Assembly: GCA_001724265.1 (NCBI GenBank)
Contig: MEDY01000311.1
Coordinates: 1-46,126 of the forward strand
Reading direction: 5' to 3'
Origin: Rhizaria sp. SCN 62-66
Lineage: Eukaryota
Length of the DNA stretch: 46,126 bases
Shown here: positions 13,001 through 25,000 of the stretch, in pieces
Numbering within the stretch: the stretch's first letter is position 1
Layout of the letters: every line of letters begins with the position of its first letter
The notes under the pieces: model-generated
The model's database searches: none
Told to the model about the DNA's origin: nothing
Seen by the model: only the letters and a program-made list of their open reading frames with translations
Made by a program: the position numbers and the translations under genes

Positions 13001-16000
13001 CAGTGTTGAGTTGCGTCGGGTCGACGACAAGGCCGAGTTTATTGCCGAAGTAACTGTGATTGTCACGAACGCCCTCGCCACACCCGATCCTAACTCCGTT
13101 GAGCTCCGGCTTCAGAGCACTGCGGCATGCTTTGGTGGCACCACGATTCACAACGACGACCCCGTGCAACCCTCGTTCCCTATTGGCAACTGTGCTTTCG
13201 TTTCGTACTCGACGATTTTGGGCGCGAGCTTCACCTGCTCCGGCACGTTCGCGAACGAGACCGTGTACCGCTTTGCGTACAAGGGTCTCCGCGTGCCTGC
13301 GACGACGGCGGACAACCTTGTTGCCGACTGCCTGACGATGAGCGCAATCGGCACCTCAGTTCTAGCCACTGGTGCTATGCTGAATCGCCCCCGCGTGCCG
13401 CGGCGTGCCGAGGCGTGGCTCGAAGCCCGCACCGATGCGGATACTGCTGGCGGCGCACCTGATGCATGCCAGCAGTTTGTGAATGTGCGGATTTACAGCT
13501 ATCAGGTGCAAGTCAGTGACCATAACGCGCTCACGTTCGCTCTTCCATCTGCTGCGCCGCTGTACTTTGACACACGGTGCGCGGCCATCATTGTGGCAGG
13601 ACAGACGCGAACAGTGACAGAGACAACTGTCCATGTTTCATTCACCTCTTTTACGTGCGACGCCAGCGTTGGATGCGTTCTACGCTTTCCCGTCCGCGGC
13701 CGCACCGCGTCACCAGTGTTCGAAGACATTAACATGCAGATTACGATGGATGAGTCCATGAACTTCGGTAACCCTACGGTTGTTTATGCTGTCGTCCCAA
13801 TTTCTCACTGGTCGCCGTATCAGTATGATCTTTCAAACGCGCTGAATAACATTGCGGGCCCTGAGCAGGCAAGCTTCCGCACCTTGTCGATTGAATACTC
13901 CAACGCCACGGTTCCAGGCCCACGGACGCGTGCGCTCAATCTCACTTTCCAAAATGAGTGGTACACCAAGCTGGAACAGCCGTCGGGCTCCGGTGAGAAT
14001 ATCTACATGCTGACGATTCGGCTTCAACCAGGACTATTCACTTGCTCTTCTTTTGACGTGCCACCCGAATTTACATATGAGTCTTCATCCAGTTCATGCA
14101 TTCTTACGATGAGTTACTCAAGGGCTTCTTCCGCGCCTTCAACCGTGGTATGGACCTCCATGATACTAAACTCCGACATTCACGATTTCCCCGCTCGCTT
14201 TGCGGTTGACTACCAGCTCGAGCTCCGGCGCGGTGGTATTGAAGCAAACATTCAACCAACCAATGACATTGTTTACAACTGGTATAATTTGCACTCTTCA
14301 ACCACGACAACGAGCGTGTCATCCGCGTTCCGTTCGTTTGCATTGTCGACGATTACCTTCACACAAGACCCTGCACTGCTATTCTCAAGCCCACCTCGTC
14401 ACACGATCGCGTCATGCACATACCTTAACACGGCACCGCCGCAGCTTAGCTGTTTGGTCACTTGGCGCAGCGTTGGCCCCTGGCTTCAGACGACTAGCTC
14501 GATTGCCATTCACGACCGTGACACAAGCGCTGAACTTGCGCTGAGTGACGCGACGATGGTTTCAGTTGCAACCGCGAGCGGTAACGGCACACCGTGCACT
14601 GGTGCAGGTTCAATTGCTCTATCGACCGGGTGCGCTGAGATCGACTCGGGCACCACATTTACACCGTCATCAATGATCGTGGTATTCGAGCCCCGCGCGG
14701 TGTTCTTATCTGGACTCTATCCTAAGATTGTACTTCGAGAGAGCACGTTAATTCTTGGCGCTGCCGATGTGGTGTTGCCTTCGACACCGCTTCCACTAAC
14801 GCTGACGGCGACTGTCTTTGCTGCTACACCTTCAAAAATCGGCGCACGCATTGTGAAACTCACTGCTAGTGAAACTATCAAGATGAATATTGACAATCAC
14901 GGTGGTTATTTCTTGCGCCTTTACATCGACAACGACGACATGCAGACATTTTTTGCAACGTACGACAACATTGTCCAACAGATAGTTTCACTCGATGGAT
15001 GCTCTGTAACGTGCTCACCACAGGATGATGTTCGACTCAATGCTTCGCGCCACCTGCTCTGCGAGTCAAGCACGTGTGTGTACAATCCTTCCGCGGGCTT
15101 TGAGATTAGCGCCCTCCGCATGCAGCTGCTGCCTCTTGTCGGTCACTATGAGATCCGCGTAGCGCTGCATTTCACCCGCACGGACTCTTCACCGGTGTAC
15201 AGCGGTACTCTGCACCTCGCCCCCGAGACTTCAGAGACTTATGTCGACAGTACAACTATAGTGGCCGGTAGCGCCTTGACGTCAGCTCTTCCTAATCTAC
15301 CATTGAATGTGCCTCATAGGCTGCAGGTTCAGGATCACCACCGTGTTATTGTCCGCCTTTATCCCGAGGCTGGTATGCTGCAAAGGCTTGATGTACTGGA
15401 CGCCGCCGTGCTCAGGGTTACCATGCCTGTTCCGCAGGGTACGGAGACGAGTGGCTCTTTCATAGTGAACTCCTTTACTATGGCTCGGGTCACGCACTCA
15501 GTTCCCCTCGAGCTTGCTTATGAATTTTCCAGTGCTGCTCTGGCCTTGCGTGCGCACATCTGCCACCTCACCAAATATGCTGTTTTCTCCTACGAGTTAT
15601 CAGACGCGCTGCCGAATCTGGGTGGTGGCACTATTTCATTGATTATCGCATCCAATCACGCCATGTTGCCACTTTTCACAGTCACTGGGTCGATCTTAGA
15701 CTACAATGATCCGGCAAACTCCTTCGACTCCACTGTAAGTGTGGAAACCCGTGACTCAGGCGAAGAAGTTGCGACTCTTAAGCTTGACAACCCCTCGATG
15801 CCCGCCCTGGGCTCCCTGCCGGTATCCTTTGAAGAGGTGCATTTTCTCGTCACCCTTAACTCAAGTGAGTGCATGTTTATCGCGGACTATTTGCTTGAGG
15901 AGAGTGTTGCTAAGTCAAATGGCAACCTTCTGCAGATTAGTCTTGGTGATCTGAATAGTGCATCAGCGCCGCCACTCGTATCGAGTTTTAGCATCATGGT

Positions 16001-19000
16001 TTCTGCGTTCCCCATTAACCTTGTTGGTCTGCGCTGTAGTAGTAATGAGACTCACACCATTGAGCTATCTGGTTCTCGGCACTATGAGAACAAACGAATT
16101 GATTTCCCCTCTGTCTCGAGCCCTATGAATGGGCAGCTTGCACTTGATGGCGCAACGATAGTTAATTTCTTGGGCTATTTCGTGCAGAACTCACTCGCAT
16201 TACTTGTGGCGAGCCAACGGAGTGTTGTTCCTGGTCGCCCCGGCGTCGGTGCGGGGAGCAAGCCTATGTGGTACGGCATGCAGATCACCCTCCGCTATGG
16301 TGTGCTGAGGGACATGCAGATGATCTTGTCGCTCGATGATGCTATGAAGATGACTTCATCGTCAGCTCTTGAACTATACGATCAATTTATGGTCCCTGTG
16401 CCTGGCACGGTGATTACGTCACCACTCCACTCAGGATCGAGTGTGATGCTGACTTTCCATCAAGATCTTCCAGCAAACACCATGTTTTATATGTTCATGT
16501 CTGAAGTTAAACACCCTGATTATGACAAGACTGCTGCGATTGTCCAATTATCTATGGATACAACTTCGTGGGGCGATCAGCGTTATTGGGATGAGACCAC
16601 AAAATCATCATTTGATCGTGCCGATAGCGCCGCTCGAGTGGACTCGTTAAATACTATTATCACCACATCTGCGGAGTCGCTGTCTTCCCGCGGTCTGACC
16701 AAGTTAAAGTTTGATTTTTCGATGTCATACCTCAAACGTGACCCTTCTGCGCTGACTGATCAACTTGACTGGGTCGTTTCCTTTCCCTCAGTGGTACGCC
16801 ACAGTGACGTGCGCAAGCACACTCTTGCGCTCAACGGTCTGTTCCGTGAGGAACATCTTGTCGAATTCTCTGTCGGTTCGACGTCGGATCAAATTTCAGT
16901 CGCTGTTCAAGCGTACTTTGATTCACCTGTTTTCGACTCACCCAATGCAACGATGCCGTTGGCAGAAAGTCAACAGGAGTTGTTCCTGTCATTTAAGACG
17001 CCTAATTTTGCTGATGACATCAACCACGTTGTCAAGATGATTAGTCTTTCTATTAGCGGGATTGGCCAAGACGTTGTTGACCCGTATTACCTTGATATGA
17101 TGTGGCGTGACTCTGAGCCTGTGCGTCTATACTTACGAAACCCTGGGTTTGCTTCGGGTATTTTGACTGGCTCTGGTTTTTACGCATTCGACGGCCAAGT
17201 GATTGCCTCTACAGCGCAGCATGACAAACTCCAGGCTTTGAGCGATATAGAGGACGCACATGTTTGGTTAATGCCCCTGCAACAGTACGATGTCCCAGAG
17301 GGCAGCGAGTGGGCATATCTTGGTGCGCCCAACCCTCTTAACTCTCGCGGACCTGTATTTACGGCTGCAACGCCGCAGATTAAGGTTGGATACACGGGAT
17401 ATGGCGACTCCCGGCTTGTGATGATTGCTCGCGTCGCATATGCACCCACATCTAAAATTAATAACAATGACGTTATCTGCTTTGGTACAACTAGCACCAT
17501 TTTCCTTGAGCAATGGACGACTGATACTTTTAAGGTGTCCTCGTTTGACGGTGACGTAACCACGCTTCCGACCCCCGTTGAATCCGTGGCCGAGATAAAG
17601 CTCTGTGATGCGGAATTCTCGCGGAATTACAATAACTGGGCCTACCAATCAAGTTACTTACGGCAGATGCGCCACGTTGGCGACGCGATGACCGAAGCCG
17701 ACGAAAACTTGCAGTCATGCGTTTGCGCCTCCGTGTCATCGACCTTACATGCACCTGGCAAATCAGTCACCATGGTTTTTGGTAGTTTTGCGCGCACCGT
17801 CACAGAATCGAAGACTTCGCTTGTTCAAGACCTGCTTAAGACAATGACCCAGCGGCCTATGTGGGCATACGGCTACCATTCTAGCACTGGTGTGTTCAAT
17901 GACGACGTTGTTGCGCTGGGCATGCAGATGGCGCCGCACAACCGTATGATGATGTCCTTGTACACAGAATATCGCAACTCAGCACCGATCAGCGCGTTTG
18001 AGCCAACTGACAATGAGGTTAATTTTGGCGGCCTCGCTTTTGACTACACGCTACGTTACGCTGTTGCGTATGCAGACGGCGTTTTGCAAGTAATCACGAA
18101 CACGGCGACGTCATTTGTAGCTGACAACTCAGGCAATGACCCGCTTAACTACACCTCTAATGTATTCCCGAGCAAGTCGTGGGTTCTGGGGAGTTACTAC
18201 ATGGAGCCCCCGCGTGAATTCATCACCCTATGCACATATGGTTGTGCTAAAAACGCTCACATCGCGTTTGCGCCTGATGCTGTCTTGTTGCTTGTGCGTG
18301 TTGAGAGTACTCTCTACTCGCTTAAGTTCCGTCATCACACTGCTGGTGTGATTACTGAGGTTCAGCTCCCCACGGGCCATTCTTCCTCGTCTTCTGCGGC
18401 GCCGCAGTTTGCACGTACGTACAGCAGTGGCCGCGTGTTGACACCATTTTTCTTCAACTACTTTCTGCGCAAGAACACCCCTTCAGCCGTCCCAACAGAA
18501 AACCGTGCCATGGCGATTGTGCTTGCAGAGCCCTACGTAGTAAGGCATGACCTCACCGCGCGCGGCGAACTGATGTATCTCGGACAAAACACGCCATTCG
18601 GAACTGCTGGCCGCTTCACTGCAAGCGCTCATGACATCGCCCGTTCGTCGTTTGTAGTCTGTGGCTTCCCAACCGTTGCTGGAACTGATACAACTTCTCA
18701 TGTGGCTACATGTGCCGTTGCGGTTAACACCGGGGATAGCATACTCTCGTTTACCACAGTTACTGTTGACAACCGTGAGGGTGCTGTGGTAACTGCTGTC
18801 GACTTGTGCCCGCTTTCTGCAACTTCCCTAGACGACGTGTCATGCTTTGCAGTTGCAGTGACCTTTCTCGGTGATGTCAATCCAGAGGGAGAGAACATGG
18901 AACCCATCATCGGTGTGGCTGTGCCGCCCGCACGTTCTATTATCTATCACGTCACAGCTTCAACTGTATCAGGCGTTGTCTCATTGTCATCACCTAGGTG

Positions 19001-22000
19001 GATCGCTGTTGTACCGGACCGCACTGTGCTCGAATTTAAGTTTACTCCGTTTGCGCACCAAATGCTTGTCGTGAGTGTTGACGACGTTGCAACGGATTCC
19101 CCTACAACACTTGACTTGTTTTACAAAGTGGATGCGAGTGGCATCTACACAACTGTGAGCGCCACACCGAGCCAAAGTACCAGTTACACTGTCTCGGATA
19201 TGCTTAACGGGCCATTTTCCTCTTTTTTCTTCTCAACTGTAACCCGCGAGGATTTTATGTTTGCTCCGTCACGCTTCTTTAGCTCGTGGATTTTGCTGAG
19301 TACCTTGTTTACCACGCGCTACGCTAGCGATGAATTTAGCAACATCACAGCCACTAATCTGGGCGATGATAGCATTTTTGTCGTGACGCAGCTCGATGAA
19401 CAAATTGCCCTGACCGCTGGTGAAGAATTTTCTGAGCACATGACGCGTATTTATGTCACCCCTGGAACTTCCGCGACTGCTGACATCTTCCAGCTTTCTC
19501 CAGCAACACCCTTAGTGTCTAGTGTGCACGATTCGCAGGATGAGTTCGCTGCTGCCATCGGTTACAGGCACCCTCAGACGGGTGGGCCACGCGTAATCAC
19601 CGCGGGGCAGATGCATGATCTAGGATATTTCTCTAAGAGTGACGTCATCTTTGCGGAGTACAGCGGGTGGCCTTTGCGCTATGTACCTTTAGTCATTACT
19701 GCACGGATCTGGCCACCATATCTTCCTGCGGCGTACGAGGATGTTGAGAACAAGGCCACCATCACAATTGTCTACACAGTTCCTTCTGGGACCCCAGTCA
19801 TCGACGCTGCTTTTTCGTATCGCATCTTCCAAGTAGATGAAATTCAGACCACTGACGTTAAACTTATCTCACTCACGGATGACTTTGAGGCTGAGATGAT
19901 TTGCACGCCTACAGGCGACAATACTGTCGTTTCATGTACGGCCCAGGATGACGGCAGTAATACCTATAATGTCGCTGCGAACCAGGTGTTTTCAGTCACG
20001 TTTACGACCACAATGACGTCGTCTCTGACCCACTATACGCGCCAGGACTTTTCATACTCGTCCCTTTCAGTCTTTCAAACCGGAGACCCAGTTGAGTACG
20101 ACCACATCCCGTACGGTCATGCAACAATCAGGCCGTCTGGCACCTTTGGCGCTGTGTCCCGCGCCGCTATCGAATATCCACCGTCACATGCGAACCAGAT
20201 TAGCTGGTTTAACAGGCACCCCAATGTGATTGGTGCTCAAGGTATTTGTTATACGTTCGCGGAGTTCTCGTACGCGTGCTTCACCCGCGATTTCGATGGC
20301 AGCCGTTCTGCGCTTAAGGGCTCAGTTGACCCTAATGTGCTCCCTGGAAGTCCCCAAGATCCTAGTAGCAACACTCTGCCCTCGGTCTACACACAACATG
20401 GTGCACGTATCACGCTTGCAGCGTACGAAGGTGGTGGTGTCTCTGTGCTGCGCGTAGAGGCCACGCAACAACGCGACAACTACCAAACGCCTTGGAGCAA
20501 TGAGGTTAAGTCTAGCTCTGTCGACATCCACTTTTCCGAAGATCTCTTCCGTCTGCGCATGCGTGGGGGTGTACCTCATATGCACACGGTGTCCTCCGCA
20601 TAGTCTGCAGGAAGCATTGTCATTGTCTACAATGACTTTGCTGAGGTTGTGATGCTAGTGCGTGTCAATCCTCGAACGATGCGCGCCTCGCCGGCTGCGA
20701 ACGCTCTTACGGAAGAGATGCGCAAACGCGTATTGAGTCCTATCAACTTCGCGTCGCCTACTCCCCGCGATCGTATCGTTGCTGTGGTTGATTGGACCTC
20801 GTTGGCACCAGAAGTGGTGCGGACGATGCCCTCAACACGTGTGCTTTTCGTGTTTGCTTCAGGTCATGTCAGTGTATGCAAGGCCAACATCATTGGCAAG
20901 CTTAATGTTGTTGATCGCAGGATTCACGACATTAGCACTGACAGCATCAACATGGAGTGTGATCCCGCCGATAGTGTGACCGTGGCCGATGCTGCTGGCG
21001 TCGCGCTAACACCGACCCACGCCGTTGCAAACCCTGCCCTGGACTTTGTTTACGTCGGTACACGCGAAGGCCTTGTTATCCCGCTTAAGTTTGTTTTGGA
21101 TGATGACAAGATTGTTGTCAAGACAGATGCGGTTGCGCCGCTTCAAGGCCCCTGCCCCGTGCAAGCACTCGCAGCTCACCCAACTGGGCGTGTTCTCTCG
21201 GTTGCCTGTGATTCCACTGCGCAGCTCAGCGGCAAGGTGTACACAGTGCGCGTGGTTTATCCTACAGATGTTGGTGTGGTAAGTACGCGCCTCGATCAGG
21301 ACGTCGGTTCACTGGTGTTTGCAACAAACATGCCGACGGCTGACTACCGCACTCTTGACAGCTATGACGTGAACCAGAATGTTGAGTTCCAGTTCGGTCC
21401 GATCACGGGCAATGTTGAAACAATGCCACGCTATCACGCCGTAGACTTAGATGCGCTCAGCGTAAGCTCCATGGCGTACACTTCTGATGGCCTTCAACTT
21501 GCCGTTTTGTGCACTGTACGTTCAACGCTAATTACAGATGGCGCTCCCATGATTGTATTTTTGCGTGAGATTGAAGAGGTCTCGCCTGACAAGTTTATTC
21601 CAGAGGCTGGGTTCATGCTCAACAGCCTGGGTCATGCTGTTAGCGTTAATTTCAAATTGCCATTTGGGCACTGGGATCCTATTGATGAACTGAACGAGAG
21701 CCCATACTGCTTCTTATACTCTGAAAACAGTGGCACTCGGTTCTTTGAACCGGAATTTTCTGGCGCCAACCAAGAAGGTATGATTATTTCCTCCAAATTC
21801 ATTGACAATCTTTCTGAGGCTGATGGATTCTCGTTCTTCAAGTTCGTGAATGTTTCCTGGGTTGCCACAGTCCCGGAGTATAACGGGTTCGTGGTGAAAG
21901 CGACGATTCAGCTCCCGAGCCAGGTTGTTGCCGGCGCTTCTGGCCCAAGTCTGATGTGCGGCGCAACGCGAAGGCAAGACGATTACACTTCAAGCAACTG

Positions 22001-25000
22001 GTACGCCAACGAATTCTCAACGGATCTCGGCGTGTCGCTACTGGCCTCAACTCATGTTGCAATGATATCGCGTGTATTCCCACGCATTATTGTTCCCTCC
22101 AGTGGCGTCGCACCGTCTCGCATTGCGTTACAGATCTATTCGGTCTCCCCCAGTGCCGTGGTTTCCGCGATCCCGGCCTTTGCAAGTACGTTGATGCTCC
22201 AGTTTCAACTTGACACCCCAAGTAAATTTGTTCAACTCTACTCCGTGCGCGTCGTGGACGCTAGCTCTAGCCTACAGGCCAACTGCAGTGTCAATAGTGT
22301 CAGCAATGAGAGCGCATTTGTGGGCATCACAACTGGCAATGTTCTCTCCACTGAGTTTAACCTTAACTGCAAGATGGGCACCACGATCGCTGCACCTGTC
22401 GTGCTTGAGCTCACTCCCTGGATTGGCGCATCTGCAAATGGGCACGCAACTGAAATGCCATTTTACAGCACGCCCTTCTCGGTTCTGCCAACATTCTCGC
22501 TTCGGCCCGTAGTGCGTGTGGGCACTCTTATAGATGAAAACCCTACGACATTCCCTGCACAGAGCTGGGTTGACATGCAGTTGTTCTTTGACGTCCCGAT
22601 GGTGGAGACCACAGCGATCTCGCTATCAATCAATGTCTCGTTGGCTGGGACGGGCAATCCGACATGCGTGTTTCGTAGTAGCTATTCTGGAGCAGGCCCG
22701 GCGGACACATTGTCGATCAGTATTCCACTGACCGCAAACGTAAAGTCCGGCGACGTTGTTGCGCAGGTCATGTGCTCCAAGGCCTCCACGAAGGTAGTCA
22801 CGGTCGAATACTCAGTGGCACCGGAGGCTGGCTACACGGGGACACCCCACGACGGATGCACTGTGACAGGTTCAATTCACATCAGTCACGACTCTGCCAC
22901 AGGCCTACCGTTTGAACTTGAGATTGGCGGTGCGCAGCCGGTTCAGACTCTGACAATGCTTGCTTCACCTGAACTGCCCAATGCCACGTCAGCAACAATT
23001 TCGCTTCTGCGCAACGGCCTCCCGCTTTCAGTGCCATGTGTCCTGAGTAGCACATCTGATATGAGCAACGCGTCACGTAGTCTCACGCTGAGTGGCTTTG
23101 TGAGCGAACTCTCATTCTACATGAAGTGCACCAATGGCGTTACCATCGAAGACAACACGGTGCTTTCACTCAGTATTGATGCATCAGGGTACAATATTGT
23201 CACAGAGTACACCATGCGCGTTTTCTTCAATGTGGATTGGCAGATGCTACCAGTCACCTACGGTGGGCCCGAGCTAAGCGCTATCACACCGTACACGCCA
23301 TTCTACATTGAGCTTTTGACTGCAGAGTACACTACTGTCCAGACGACGACAGTTGTGTTTGGAAACAACCAAAATTCCGAGAGCTGCGCATACTTGCTTG
23401 CCACAGACTCCAGTTTGGTCGCGCAAGTTGCGCAACTGAAAAATGGCAGCGACTTTGATCAAGCAATCAACAACGGTCTGCTCGTCAAGGAGTTTGAGGC
23501 AACGTTTGCTCTCGGCAGCACGACGCCGCGTCGATTGGTTGTTGGAGTGTGTAGCGAGCGCATAATCACCGGAGCAAGCCTGAAGGGCTCACTGACAGAG
23601 AACATCAACTTTAGCATTCGTCGCACTCGTGGCGCGCTCGTGTACAGTGGCGTTCAAACTAACGTTGAGCTGAAGAAAAAACTGTCTCCATTCATGCGGA
23701 TTCTTGACTTCAACACACCTGTGCGCACTATCGGCATTGATGCTGCGATGCAGCCTGATTCCCCCCGCTATCAGTTTGCGGAGCAGAGCACAATGCAGCT
23801 CTCCGCCGATTGGTGGCTGCCCCAAATTTCGGGCATCACGTACTCCGCTTTGCAGGCATCATTTGTCATTTCTGGGGGTGGGACGTCGTGTTCATTTGTA
23901 TGGGGTGATGGGCAAGGTAATAATGTTTCTTTCAATAGCAGCCAGCTGACTGGCGTGACCCATTACTCGCGTGCTTTCCGCGTCGTGTGCACGAGTCTTG
24001 TGAAGGACATTGCTATTGAAGCACGCATCATTGCAACCATCGGTGGCACCGCTTTTACGCAGTTGATGCAGGGTTTCCATCTTGGTATTGACGGCTTTAT
24101 GGAGCTTGAACTTGTCGGGTACGGCAGCGCTGCTAATGCTAACGCAACTATTACCGTGCTCTCTGGCGTCGAGAATCTGATGTCTGTTTCAGTCACTCCA
24201 GCTCTAATGAGTGATGCCGTTTTGGTAGTCGAGATTATTGACAATAGCGGCGCTGAGTGTTCCGTTACTGGTGGGGATACCTCCGGTGGTAGCGTCAACT
24301 TTTTGGTGGCCAATGGCAAGACCCAGTTTGAGCTTGTATGCCAAAGCCCATCGCCGCTGCCTGCGCAGCTCATTCTCACGGTGAGTTCTACTGAGCAAGT
24401 CGTTAGTTACCAGCCATTGCTGTCATCACGGTTCCAAATCCAGGGTGCAATGAACTTTTTCTTTGACGAAGTTCCTTTCGACTCACTCCCCTCAACAATG
24501 CGCCTGGTATCAGGACATACATATCATGTCACCGGTGGGTTTGTGCAGGAGCCCAAGGAGCCTCAGGTGATCACGGTTACATACGAAACAAATCCCGCGG
24601 ACTGCGTCTTCATTCTTGAGAGTGGATCCACTAGGACAACCACTTACACACGCACGGCAGTTTTCACACAGATCTCTACCGATGAAATGTTTGATGCGAC
24701 CATGACATGCCGTCGGACACACAGCATCGGTTCGATTATTACGTTTGCGAGTGCCGCATATGTCTCGGTCATCCTGCAGCAGATCCCCGTGTATGGTTTG
24801 ATTGCGGTCGACTACCGCCGTGCAGACTCAACTAAGGTCACGTATACCGAAGTCACCGATTTGCCCGCGCGCGACACACTTTCTCTCTCTGCTGCTTCGT
24901 CTGGTGCAGAGCTTTTGCCGTGGCCCGTTCTTCTTTCACCTACGACTAACAACACGGCGCTTATGCGCGTCCGTCTACTGCCGACGGCATCAATGATGAC

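Noticed and set aside
20571-20603. Possible 33-nt intron GTACCT...CATAG removing TAG #2
   Set aside because: It is very short, the donor lacks G at +5, and the composition is coding-like. Less parsimonious given the TOP2 TAG, but not formally excluded.
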